Shown one piece after another: positions 20,105 through 29,330 of a DNA stretch of 64,000 nucleotides. Source of the DNA: Candidatus Woesebacteria bacterium (GTDB lineage Bacteria; Patescibacteriota; Microgenomatia; UBA1400; UBA1396); assembly GCA_021208605.1 (NCBI GenBank), contig JAJOJK010000015.1, positions 343-64,342 on the forward strand. Reading direction: 5' to 3'. The stretch's first letter is position 1, and each line of letters begins with the position of its first letter. Position numbers and translations under genes: made by a program. The notes under the pieces were generated by a model, which worked only from the letters and a program-made list of their open reading frames with translations, was not told the origin of the DNA and ran no database searches.

Positions 20105-20572
20105 TTAGGCTATAAAATTGTCCGCCCACTCGCCTGTCACCGCCTGCTGCTCGTCCCATTCCTGCGTCAGGACATCAATACGCAACAACGGTTCATGCAC
20201 CACACCACCATGACTCTCAGCACACTCTTTTAAAATGTCTGGTGACATACAAAACTCCAAATAACTCGAGTCGCCTAGACCAAACACTGCAAAATTCACA
20301 CCCGACCACATCTGTTCTGGTTCACGACCAGCCAGGCTCACCACAAACACTTCACCAAAGGGGTTTAATCCATTGTCATAGGTGGAAGCACCAATAAACA
20401 CAAAATCGTACTCGCGAAATGCCTCTGGATTGGCCACCAGCATATCGAGAATATCGACTTGCGCATCAGGAAGGCGTTCCTGCAGATGCTGCTGCAAATG
20501 TTCAGCCACACGTTTAGTGCTGCCAGAAATAGAGGCATACACAACGAGAATTTTTTCCGTTCCTTGTAACAT
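20105..20572 (-). CDS. flavodoxin
   Basis: VVYASISGST, STY..G, AVFGLGDSSY..FC. Confidence 0.92.
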   Translation of the reverse strand: MLQGTEKILVVYASISGSTKRVAEHLQQHLQERLPDAQVDILDMLVANPEAFREYDFVFIGASTYDNGLNPFGEVFVVSLAGREPEQMWSGVNFAVFGLGDSSYLEFCMSPDILKECAESHGGVVHEPLLRIDVLTQEWDEQQAVTGEWADNFIA

Positions 20573-20668
20573 AGTTCCTTTTCTTTCCCTGACTTTGAAC
20601 TTCAGAATGTCGGCTCCCGGGCTTTGGACTCTGCAGGGCAGAGAGGCGCAAGAGCTTCAGTCTCCGAT

Positions 20669-21148
20669 CTACGTCCGCTGGACGCTGCGCACTGCTTCCA
20701 GCATGCCGGGATATTCACAGACTTGCGGGTTGGAAGCCAAGATTTCCTCGGGAGTCATCCAGACGACGTCGAAGATATCTTCCTCTGCCGGGTTACCCGA
20801 AAAATCTGTCTGTATTGTACCCTCTATCGAACACTCAAAGGCGATACAAATAATCTGCACACCTTTGCGAATATCTTGGCTGTTATCGATCACAAAATCC
20901 CAAGCGCCAACAATTCGATCTGGACGGATCTGGAGTCCAATCTCTTCAAAAACCTCTCGAACCACTGCTTCTTGTAACGACTCACCTGGCTCAATACCTC
21001 CGCCAGGAAAATCGAAAATTACCATTTCCTTACCATTGCGCACGAGCTTTTCTTTAACCAGCAAAATCTTGCCCTCATGCACAATCAGGGCCTTGGCACC
21101 TGGCCGTAATCGTTCAATCGTTTCTACACCTGGTGGCAAATCTAACAT
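20669..21148 (-). CDS. NUDIX hydrolase
   Basis: PGGGIEPGESLQEAVVREVFEEIG. Confidence 0.92.
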   Translation of the reverse strand: MLDLPPGVETIERLRPGAKALIVHEGKILLVKEKLVRNGKEMVIFDFPGGGIEPGESLQEAVVREVFEEIGLQIRPDRIVGAWDFVIDNSQDIRKGVQIICIAFECSIEGTIQTDFSGNPAEEDIFDVVWMTPEEILASNPQVCEYPGMLEAVRSVQRT

Positions 21149-21151
21149 GAA

Positions 21152-21742
21152 TTATTCTCCTGTTTCAGTAAGTTTTTGGGCTAACGCAATAAAGTTATTC
21201 ATGAAATAGGGATACCGATTATCCGGCGGAGATTCAGCCAAAGTACCTTCTTCACCCACTAACTGCATAATCGGTGACCAGCCAGAAAAATCATGTCCGT
21301 CGTCACCAAGCGCCTGCTCAGGCAAATTCCCGGCTGGCTGAGTAGTCAGCTGGAACGGCACCTGATGCGTAAACTCATGCACAATTTCTTGGTGCGGATC
21401 AACATACACCAGACCCAACTCAAAATAGGCCGAACGATCCTCGACCTGTTCCAACATATGAACCAGATTTTCGAGAGGTAAATTGCGTTCAAAATATGCC
21501 ATGTACGGACCAGGAATTCCGCCTAAAGATGGAATGTGAAAGGCATGATCTTCACGCATTACAGGCGTCTGGAGTTGTTCGGCGGCCTGCTGAGCTGAGT
21601 GGCGAGCCACTTCGAGCGAAGAATATCCTTGGATTTCTGGAAGATCAAGAGATACCGGCTCAATCTCAAGACTAAAATCCGCAAAAGCGCGACGAGCAGT
21701 TTCAATTTTGAATGGATTGCCGGTCAAAAAAGAGATTTTCAT
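21152..21742 (-). CDS. Ham1/RdgB non-canonical purine NTP pyrophosphatase
   Basis: TGNPFK, LPEIQ, ED.AF.I..LGG.PGPY. Confidence 0.85.
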   Translation of the reverse strand: MKISFLTGNPFKIETARRAFADFSLEIEPVSLDLPEIQGYSSLEVARHSAQQAAEQLQTPVMREDHAFHIPSLGGIPGPYMAYFERNLPLENLVHMLEQVEDRSAYFELGLVYVDPHQEIVHEFTHQVPFQLTTQPAGNLPEQALGDDGHDFSGWSPIMQLVGEEGTLAESPPDNRYPYFMNNFIALAQKLTETGE

Positions 21743-22506
21743 CTGGAGTGTAGTGTAGCAAAGTCAGCCATTATCTGCAGTCGCGGCTGGAGCGCTTGCC
21801 AGAGTGTTTCTAATTTTTGGCCATCGGAAGAAAACAACTGTAACGAACCCTGTCCACCAAGATCAGGTGCGAAGGTCTGTAAGCGGTTACTCACGCCTTC
21901 GTTGGGAAAAAAGAAGGGCACCGGACTCCCAATTGCCTGCTGAATCTCTGCCGCTACCAGCGGAAAGTGCGTGCACCCCAAAACCACTCCGGTAGCACTG
22001 GCATACGGAGCCAATAAGCTCTCGACTTCTCGCTGTGCTGTCTGCCAGTCAGCGGCTTCGATGTATCGCACTAAATCAGTAGTACCTACTAACTCAAAAT
22101 TCGTTTGAAATTGGTATGGCTGTAGCAAATTCTGCAGGGCGGCACTCTCCACCGTATTTTTTGTGGCTAGTACGACTATGGTCGAGTGGGCTGGAGTCAA
22201 AAGACTCGCCGGTCGTACTGCAGGGACCGTGCCTACAAAAGGAACTTTTGGCCATTCTCGCCGAAGTTCACCCAGTGCCATAACAGTAGCCGTATTGCAC
22301 GCCACGACAATCGCTTCGCAGCCAAAATCCAGCAAAAAACGCACGTTTTCCTTGCTGAAAGAAATAATTTCCGCCAACGACTTTTCTGAGTACGGCGCGT
22401 GTGACCTATCAGCCAAATATATATACTCATGGCCAGGCATATCTTGAAGAAGTTGATACAAAATGGTCCAACCGCCAATACCAGAATCAAAAACACCAAT
22501 ATGCAT
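21739..22506 (-). CDS. murI: glutamate racemase
   Basis: IGVFDSGIGG, VVACNTAT, VLGCTHFP. Confidence 0.96.
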   Translation of the reverse strand: MHIGVFDSGIGGWTILYQLLQDMPGHEYIYLADRSHAPYSEKSLAEIISFSKENVRFLLDFGCEAIVVACNTATVMALGELRREWPKVPFVGTVPAVRPASLLTPAHSTIVVLATKNTVESAALQNLLQPYQFQTNFELVGTTDLVRYIEAADWQTAQREVESLLAPYASATGVVLGCTHFPLVAAEIQQAIGSPVPFFFPNEGVSNRLQTFAPDLGGQGSLQLFSSDGQKLETLWQALQPRLQIMADFATLHSR

Positions 22507-22549
22507 AATTCACTCGTTCCATAATAAACCCAAATCCAGTACACTGTCT

Positions 22550-24328
22550 ATGGTGTCACAAGTTCAAGAAATCAAAGAAAAACTGGATATTATCGAGGTT
22601 GTCGGAAATCGCATCACTTTAGAGCGATCCGGCAAGAATTTTCGGTCAACCTGTCCGTTTCACAGTGAAAAAACACCATCCTTTTTTGTTTCTCCCGAGT
22701 TGCAGCGCTTTATCTGCTTTGGCTGCGGGCGAAAAGGTGATGTTTTAAGCTTTATTCAGGAATATGACCGCCTTACTTTTCCAGAAACGATCCAAACTGC
22801 CGCCGAAATGGCTGGTATTGAACTCAATCAAGACTGGAAAGATCCCAAAGAGCAAGAACGCCAAAAACTTTTTGCCATCATGGAACTGGCCCAAAAATAT
22901 TACTCGTATCTCCTTACTGAACACGCTTCTGGCAAAGCCGCCCGCGAGTACCTCAAAAAAAGAAGCGTACAAAGTACCACTATCCGCCAATTTGGCCTCG
23001 GCGCCGCTCCTGACAAATGGGATGGTCTCGTCAATTACCTTACCAAGAAAAAAAATTACCACCCAAATGATGTCGTCAATGCTGGACTCGCCATTCAAGG
23101 CAAAAAAGGTGTCTATGATCGATTCCGCGGACGGGTTATGTTTCCCTTGCATGATCATCGAGGGCGAGTAGTTGGATTCTCCGGTCGCGTTCTGGATCCA
23201 GATGCCAAAGAAGCCAAGTACATCAACACACCCGAAACTGATGTCTACCACAAACGCTATCTGCTGTTTGGCTACTGGCAAAATCTAGACGCGATTCGCG
23301 AAAAAGAATCAGTCATCGTCACTGAAGGTGAGCTGGACGTCTTATCTTCTACTCAGGCGCACGTACGCAACATTGTAGCCATCAAAGGCTCAGCCTTAAC
23401 TGAAGAACAAATTCGTATCATGGCGCGCACCGTAAAAACCATCTATTTAGCCCTCGATGCGGATAGCGCGGGTATCAAAGCCACCCGCCGTGCCATTGAA
23501 CTGGTGCAACCATTTCCTGTTTCGCTGCGCGTCATTCCGCTGAAAGGCGGGAAAGACCCCGATGAACTCGCTAAGTCCGATCCAAAAGCTTGGCGCGAAA
23601 TGATCAAACAACACACTTCCGCTTTTGAGTACGTCTTGGACACAACACTGGCCCAACAAGATATGTCGACCGCGCAGGGTCAAAAGACAGTAACCAACAC
23701 CATGCTGGAACTGTTGCTGACTATTGATCACGCCGTGGAGCGCGCCTTTTACCTCAAGCAACTGGCCGAGAAACTCGGAATTCCCGAATCTATCATCGAA
23801 GAACAGTGGCAAGCCACGCAGAAAAAACACACCCAATCCCAGCTGCAACAGCACCGCCAACCCACTCCGGATTCATCCGAACAGGCAGAAGAAGAGAGCG
23901 GCACCTCCGACACTCTTGGCGAGTACCTACTGCAAATTCTCCTGCGCCTCCCACTGCCGGCCAACACACGCCTCAATCCGGAGTGGATCACCGAGCTTCG
24001 ACTCCGCCGCATTCTGGAACATCTCCTCGAGTGGCAACAAGACTATAAGAGTTTTGAGCTCGCGCCTTTTACCGCGCATCTTCCAGACGAACTCCAAGAA
24101 ACTGTTTCCACGCTCTATATTGCTGATTTCCCAGTCGAACAAAAAATGATGGACCGCGAGCTCCGCGTCACACTCACACAGCTCGAACAGCGCTGGCGCA
24201 AAAAACGCCTGGCAGAAATTAGCGGTGCTCTTGGACAACTGGAAAACAAAGACGAACTCACCGAGGCTGAAGAACAAGAATTCTTAGCACTGCAAAAAGA
24301 GCTGCAGCGGTTGACGACGTTGGGGTAA
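22550..24328 (+). CDS. dnaG: DNA primase
   Basis: CPFHSEKTPSF...CFGC zinc finger, YDRFRGRVMFP, KYINTPET, TOPRIM EG..D / DAD.AG, KDPDE. Confidence 0.97.
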   Translation: MVSQVQEIKEKLDIIEVVGNRITLERSGKNFRSTCPFHSEKTPSFFVSPELQRFICFGCGRKGDVLSFIQEYDRLTFPETIQTAAEMAGIELNQDWKDPKEQERQKLFAIMELAQKYYSYLLTEHASGKAAREYLKKRSVQSTTIRQFGLGAAPDKWDGLVNYLTKKKNYHPNDVVNAGLAIQGKKGVYDRFRGRVMFPLHDHRGRVVGFSGRVLDPDAKEAKYINTPETDVYHKRYLLFGYWQNLDAIREKESVIVTEGELDVLSSTQAHVRNIVAIKGSALTEEQIRIMARTVKTIYLALDADSAGIKATRRAIELVQPFPVSLRVIPLKGGKDPDELAKSDPKAWREMIKQHTSAFEYVLDTTLAQQDMSTAQGQKTVTNTMLELLLTIDHAVERAFYLKQLAEKLGIPESIIEEQWQATQKKHTQSQLQQHRQPTPDSSEQAEEESGTSDTLGEYLLQILLRLPLPANTRLNPEWITELRLRRILEHLLEWQQDYKSFELAPFTAHLPDELQETVSTLYIADFPVEQKMMDRELRVTLTQLEQRWRKKRLAEISGALGQLENKDELTEAEEQEFLALQKELQRLTTLG

Positions 24329-24341
24329 AAGAGTCTCTCAT

Positions 24342-24965
24342 TTAACGCAGATTTTTGAGAATGGTCTGAATTTCACCCCAAGTTTTCTCGCCATTTCCGC
24401 GAGGAGTACGAACGCCAGCATATAAAATCGTATATATATTTGGATCTTTCTCTTCAAGAATAGCCTGGTGCAGAGGAACACTATCATCAATCATAAGAAG
24501 CGGCTTGCCCAGTTCACTCGCCTTCTTTTTCAAAACAGATAACTTCCATGGCGTAGTGTCTTCTACGGGGATATCAGCCGGACGACAAATAACCTCTCTC
24601 TGCGGATAGCCATGCTTCTCGAGCTCTTCTGCGGTGAGCGCCGCAATAACATCCGGACGGGTAGTGAGATAAAAGGCCACCATGGCATCTGCTGCTGTGA
24701 CCACTTCTAGGGCCTCTGGCAAAACTTCCATATTCCGATTAAACCATTCCGCTGCACACATTCGGGCATTGAGATCAAAATATCCTGGATACTGACCAAA
24801 CGCCCCATGCGACCCACCTAAACGCAAAAAGTCTTCAAGATTAGGCATATCAGTCCATCCCAAAAGTCTTCCCGCACGAGACAGTTTGGAGTGGTGGCGC
24901 TTCGTACTGTCGACTAACGTTTCATCAATATCGAGAACAATTTGGGTTTCTGGTGTTATTGCCAT
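24342..24965 (-). CDS. HAD-superfamily phosphatase (5'-nucleotidase-like)
   Basis: LDIDETL (motif I), LTTRP (motif II), K, IDDS (motif IV). Confidence 0.75.
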   Translation of the reverse strand: MAITPETQIVLDIDETLVDSTKRHHSKLSRAGRLLGWTDMPNLEDFLRLGGSHGAFGQYPGYFDLNARMCAAEWFNRNMEVLPEALEVVTAADAMVAFYLTTRPDVIAALTAEELEKHGYPQREVICRPADIPVEDTTPWKLSVLKKKASELGKPLLMIDDSVPLHQAILEEKDPNIYTILYAGVRTPRGNGEKTWGEIQTILKNLR

Positions 24966-25045
24966 ATGTATCCCTCTTTAATTAGAGGAGGGATATCATA
25001 CCGCTTTTTGGCAGAAACTTCTTCTGTAATAAGAATTAACCCTTT

Positions 25046-25564
25046 TTATCCGGATACAATCACATCTGCCCACTGCTTTTGCGGCTCCACCCAGCGCTGG
25101 TGTTCCGCCTCAACCGCAATCGAGTATTGCAGCGTAGCCGCACAATCTCGGCCCTTGCAGGTGTCGCGCTCGATACGCCGACGTATTCGCTCACTCGCTG
25201 GCACATCTAAGAAAAATTTCAAAGCCGCTTGATCACGCAGGAGAGCAGAGTGAAAGGCGAAAATACCTTCCACAAGAATATACTTCGCTGGTTCGACTCG
25301 TTTCTTGCCAACACGTTCGGAAACTGCTGGCTCAAACACGGGAATTTCTACCGATTTTCCGGCCAATAAATCCTGTACCGCCAGTTCCAATGCATCAAAA
25401 TCAAACGCTTCCGGCACGTCAAAGTTGTAGGGTGGCGTCATTTTGCTTTTGCCAACATAGAAATCATCGGTGGAGAGCACGGCGGCATTTTGAAAATACT
25501 GCGCAAAATATGATTTTCCAGAACCACTTCCTCCGCAGATGAGGATGAGCAGCGGAAACTTCAT
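25046..25564 (-). CDS. udk: uridine kinase-like protein
   Basis: ICGGSGSGKS, DDFY, NFD.PEAFD, VEGIFA, RR..RD, VEP.K.WADVI. Confidence 0.88.
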   Translation of the reverse strand: MKFPLLILICGGSGSGKSYFAQYFQNAAVLSTDDFYVGKSKMTPPYNFDVPEAFDFDALELAVQDLLAGKSVEIPVFEPAVSERVGKKRVEPAKYILVEGIFAFHSALLRDQAALKFFLDVPASERIRRRIERDTCKGRDCAATLQYSIAVEAEHQRWVEPQKQWADVIVSG

Positions 25565-25569
25565 CTCTG

Positions 25570-26364
25570 TTACTCCCTTGATTTATAGACGGTTTGTGTA
25601 TTCTCACCATGCAGGGTAGTACCACCTGCTGGCGTTTGCTGCTGCAAAAATTGGCGAATACTTTCAACATCGCTCATATGTCCCAGCCATAAGGGAATGC
25701 TGCTGCCACGACGTTCTCGTTGTTCTAAGCGATGTACCGCCACGGGATCGAGCGGCACATTCATGCCGGGGCGGAATTGACAGGGATCGTTCAGCAACAC
25801 GCCCTCAGCTACTAAAGTGGCCAACGAACTCGCCGAGATCGGACGAGCGGAGTCATCTTTGCGCGGATCGGCGGTAAAAATATTCCAGATATTGGAAAGA
25901 ATAAGAATACTCGCGTCATACCCATTGTCTTGATAAATTTCGGCCGCGGTCACCGCTGAGGCGTCGGTGGACTGGCCGACTTGCAAACCGCCCAAAGCCA
26001 CAGCAAATTGGCGTTGTTCAGACAAAATCGTTTGAGCATCAGCCGGCGATTGGGGGATTTCCGATTCCACCGAGTATCCCTGGCGCGCGAGTACCCGCTG
26101 CACTTGTTCGGCGTGACCGCGCAAAACCTCAATCCCGATCTGGTCTTTTCGCTCATCGGAAATATCTCCTTGGGAAGCTTGTTCTTTTCGAACATGCTGA
26201 CCACCGCCAATGGCAAAAACGGCATGGACAAAATGGGTAGGGAAATGCACCTGCACCGCTTCAAACCAGGCGTGTAGATTCTCTTCACATACTCCGTTTT
26301 CGTCGGTGGCCTCAGAGCCACCAAACTTGACTACCAGCGCTCGTTCTCGGTTCGCACCAGTCAT
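25570..26364 (-). CDS. pyrH: UMP kinase-like protein, archaeal-type (amino-acid kinase family)
   Basis: VVKFGGS, IGGG..VR, D.IGI, GG...GQSTD, FTADPRKD..A, G...LDPVA. Confidence 0.75.
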   Translation of the reverse strand: MTGANRERALVVKFGGSEATDENGVCEENLHAWFEAVQVHFPTHFVHAVFAIGGGQHVRKEQASQGDISDERKDQIGIEVLRGHAEQVQRVLARQGYSVESEIPQSPADAQTILSEQRQFAVALGGLQVGQSTDASAVTAAEIYQDNGYDASILILSNIWNIFTADPRKDDSARPISASSLATLVAEGVLLNDPCQFRPGMNVPLDPVAVHRLEQRERRGSSIPLWLGHMSDVESIRQFLQQQTPAGGTTLHGENTQTVYKSRE

Positions 26365-26366
26365 AT

Positions 26367-27197
26367 TTAACTCCGCTTTCCTTTTTTTGCCTGGCCTTGT
26401 GTTTCCGGCATACTCCATTCATTTGCGGTGATAGCGTGGCCGAGGTTTTCGGCCTTGGAGCGTAAGTCACTGGCGATAATTTCGTTGTCCGGGGTGATGT
26501 GAATTCCCACCGGAGTGACCTGAATACCAGCGGACTCAATACCGGCAATTTTGCGGGGGTTGTTCGTAAGTAAACGAACTGACTTCACACCGAGTTTGTG
26601 CAGCATTTCACCAGCCACAGTGAAATCACGGCTTTCGGAAGGGTAGCCGGCTTCTTTGTAGGCTCGATCGGTGTCGATACGCTCACCAGTCTGCGCGTCG
26701 CGTTTCTGCTCAATCTGACCATTTTCCCAGCCAAACATGCCATTAAGCTGCGCCAGTTTCCCGGCGATCCCAGTCCCACGACCTTCTTGTTCTAAGTAGA
26801 GAATAATGCCGCGGCCTTCTTTCTGAATCAGTTCCATGGCTTCGTGCAGTTCTTTGCGACATTCACAGTTAATAGCGTGATAGGTCTCATTCGTGCGGCA
26901 AGAGGAGTGCATTCGTACCAAGACATCCTCACCATCTCCCAGAGCTTCTTCGGTTATATTGCCAAAAACGAGCATTTCGTGGTGTTGTCCGTCGGTCCAG
27001 TCACCAAACACAATGTAGGTCCAATCGCCAAACTCCGTGGGGAGTGGCGCACGACCAAATTCTTCAAGCATGGGTTCTCCTTCCTTTTGTAGCAACGCTT
27101 TCATCCAGGCAATAGCGATCCATGGCGCATACCATTCTTCGCACTTGCGCTCCTTCCACGCTGCATGAGCCTCTTTGGTCCAGTATTCTCCTGCCAT
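26367..27197 (-). CDS. GTP cyclohydrolase II-like protein (divergent active site)
   Basis: LPTEFG, VRMHSSC-x10-CEC, QEGRG.G, RDF, LLTNNP.K, K...LGH; GGAGG RBS. Confidence 0.88.
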   Translation of the reverse strand: MAGEYWTKEAHAAWKERKCEEWYAPWIAIAWMKALLQKEGEPMLEEFGRAPLPTEFGDWTYIVFGDWTDGQHHEMLVFGNITEEALGDGEDVLVRMHSSCRTNETYHAINCECRKELHEAMELIQKEGRGIILYLEQEGRGTGIAGKLAQLNGMFGWENGQIEQKRDAQTGERIDTDRAYKEAGYPSESRDFTVAGEMLHKLGVKSVRLLTNNPRKIAGIESAGIQVTPVGIHITPDNEIIASDLRSKAENLGHAITANEWSMPETQGQAKKGKRS

Positions 27198-27438
27198 ACT
27201 CCCTCCGTATATATTTTTACGAGAATGAGTCTCGTTGTAATATACTTGGACGGTTTATATCATGCCACAAAATTCTAGTCAATAGGGTATTCGATCTCGT
27301 AAAAATGGAGAGAGGAGTGCCGTTAAAACAGGTGGCAAAGACACTTCCCACTTCACATCCCTCAGAAAATGGGTATAATTGTAAAACGTTCCGAATACAA
27401 AACGTATCCAAAATAATGGATTAAGGATTTTCGCACAC

Positions 27439-28527
27439 ATGTCAAAAAGAATTCCCTTTGATAAAGCTTTAGAATTGTTGCTGCAACGCGCTCAGTCGCA
27501 AGGGCACATTGCACAAAGTGACATCTTGGAGCTCATTCCGGAACCGGAACGCCACATTCAAGAAATCGATGATTTCTACGACAAGCTCTACACATTAGAG
27601 ATCGACGTCTTTGAAAGTATTTCTCAGCCCAAAGAAGAGGACTCCGAACTTTCCGAAATGGAACAAGAGCTCGAAGAGCTGGCCGCCATGGAAAGCTCCC
27701 GCGTATCGGACCCGGTACGCATGTACCTGAAAGAAATTGGCCGCGTGCCACTTTTGAACCGCACCCAAGAAATCGATATTTCCCAGCGCAACGAAGCGGG
27801 CAGTCCGGAAGCCAAACAAGAACTCATTGACGCTAACTTGCGTTTGGTGGTTTCCATTGCCAAAAAATACATTGGCCGTGGCATGACCTTCTTAGACCTG
27901 ATCCAAGAAGGAAACAAAGGCCTTATCCGCGCCGTAGAGAAGTACGACTGGCGCAAAGGCTTTAAGTTCTCCACCTACGCCACCTGGTGGATTCGCCAAG
28001 CCATTACGCGTGCTATTGCTGACCAAGCTCGCACGATTCGTATTCCGGTGCACATGGTCGAGACCATCAATAAGTTGATGCGTATCTCTCGCCAGCTCAT
28101 GCAAGACCTCGGTCGCGAACCAACTCCAGAGGAAATTGGTGAAGAAATGGAGATGGATCCGGAAAAAGTCCGCGAGATTCTCAAGATTTCTCAGAAAACG
28201 ACCTCACTGGAAACCCCAATTGGCGACGATGGCGACTCCTTCCTCGGCGACTTCATTGCCGACGAAAACCAAGTCACACCCTACGACGCCACCGCCGGCC
28301 GCATGCTCAAAGAAGATATCGAAGACGTGCTGGCCACCCTCACCGACCGCGAAGCCCGCGTGGTCCGCATGCGTTTTGGTCTCAATTCCAACCGCCAAAT
28401 GACGCTCGAAGAAGTCGGCCAAAAATTCGGTGTCACCCGCGAACGTATTCGCCAGATTGAAGCCAAGGCTTTGAGAAAACTGCGCCATCCGAGTATGCGG
28501 AAGCGGTTGCAGGACTTTTTGGAGTAA
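27439..28527 (+). CDS. rpoD: RNA polymerase primary sigma factor
   Basis: [56 protein letters not shown]. Confidence 0.98.
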   Translation: MSKRIPFDKALELLLQRAQSQGHIAQSDILELIPEPERHIQEIDDFYDKLYTLEIDVFESISQPKEEDSELSEMEQELEELAAMESSRVSDPVRMYLKEIGRVPLLNRTQEIDISQRNEAGSPEAKQELIDANLRLVVSIAKKYIGRGMTFLDLIQEGNKGLIRAVEKYDWRKGFKFSTYATWWIRQAITRAIADQARTIRIPVHMVETINKLMRISRQLMQDLGREPTPEEIGEEMEMDPEKVREILKISQKTTSLETPIGDDGDSFLGDFIADENQVTPYDATAGRMLKEDIEDVLATLTDREARVVRMRFGLNSNRQMTLEEVGQKFGVTRERIRQIEAKALRKLRHPSMRKRLQDFLE

Positions 28528-28640
28528 AACCGAGTAAAGATTCCGATAATGCAGACTCTTCCTCTCTGCGCTCACTCAAGGGCAAGGTGTATTAATGTCA
28601 CCCTTGCATAACATCCTGATTCCTGTTTATATAGGCACAT

Positions 28641-28892
28641 ATGTCATTTATTGATGCAGAGATGCAAGCCTACCTTGTACAACAAATAGCAAAATGCAAA
28701 AAAACTGCAGAAGAGGCCGGCAGACAAGTATATTTTGCCGACAACGCGGCTGAAATTAATGAAGATATCCTTACGCCACAACAAATACTTCAAGCTCTCC
28801 GTGATGATAATCTCAACCTCCTCGAAATCATGGCTCTCATCACCGAAACCATGGAAACTCTTGAAATCCAGGAAGCAGCAACAGTTCGATAG
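28641..28892 (+). CDS. hypothetical protein
   Basis: 83 aa ORF. Confidence 0.5.
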   Translation: MSFIDAEMQAYLVQQIAKCKKTAEEAGRQVYFADNAAEINEDILTPQQILQALRDDNLNLLEIMALITETMETLEIQEAATVR

Positions 28893-28975
28893 TTACCACA
28901 CCGCACTACGGAAACCGAATTTGCCCTGGGCAATTCCAGCTTCATTCGGTATAATTGGCCTCTGATCGTTAACAA

Positions 28976-29330
28976 TCCCCCGTAGCTCAATGGCAGAGCA
29001 GGAAGCTGTAAGCATTGAGACAAACGAGCGTTACGCTCGAAATGTTTCGCAATTGCAGCCTTCAGCAGTAATGCTGAACGGAAAAACAGGGTGAATTCAG
29101 GGAAGCCTACCGCCGCAAGGCCACGGTAATCCTGAGCCAAGCCTTCATACGAAGGAAGGTGCAGAGACTAGGTGAGTACACCAGTTAGCGCCCTGCTCCT
29201 GAAGCTAGAGACCTCGCGCTCCCAAAGCGCGCGCCCTGGCCCAGGATGATGAGATAGTCCATACCGTGCGGAAACGCATGGAGCATATGTAACTTCAAGG
29301 TTCGTGGTTCGAATCCACGCGGGGGAGCCA
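28976..29330 (+). tRNA. tRNA-Asn(GTT), exons 28976-29009 and 29290-29330, interrupted by a group I intron
   Basis: Spliced 75-nt product TCCCCCGTAGCTCAATGGCAGAGCAGGAAGCTGT|TAACTTCAAGGTTCGTGGTTCGAATCCACGCGGGGGAGCCA; U1-A72, G73, CCA; TATAAT at 28950. Confidence 0.93.
29010..29289 (+). ncRNA. group I self-splicing intron (280 nt, no ORF)
   Basis: P1 GCTGT|AA pairs with TTGCAGC (29053-59) with a U.G at the splice site; P2 TTCAGCA-GTAA-TGCTGAA; P3 CAGGGTG/CGCCCTG; P/Q GAATTCAGGGAA/AATCCTGAGC; R GCAGAGACTA and S GAGATAGTCC (P7); P9 CCGTGCG-GAAA-CGCATGG; terminal G. Confidence 0.93.

Noticed and set aside
20382-21209. Long antisense ORFs (e.g. 20382..21209, 5285..5986, 22745..23281)
   Set aside because: Shadows of well-supported genes on the opposite strand with no motifs
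26367-27197. Plain ribA of riboflavin synthesis
   Set aside because: Key residues are substituted and no rib neighbours are present; symbol withheld
28976-29016. Unspliced 5' exon reads CTGTAAG, mimicking tRNA-Tyr(GTA)
   Set aside because: No anticodon stem or T-arm follows; intron pairing, U1-A72 and G73 indicate spliced Asn(GTT)
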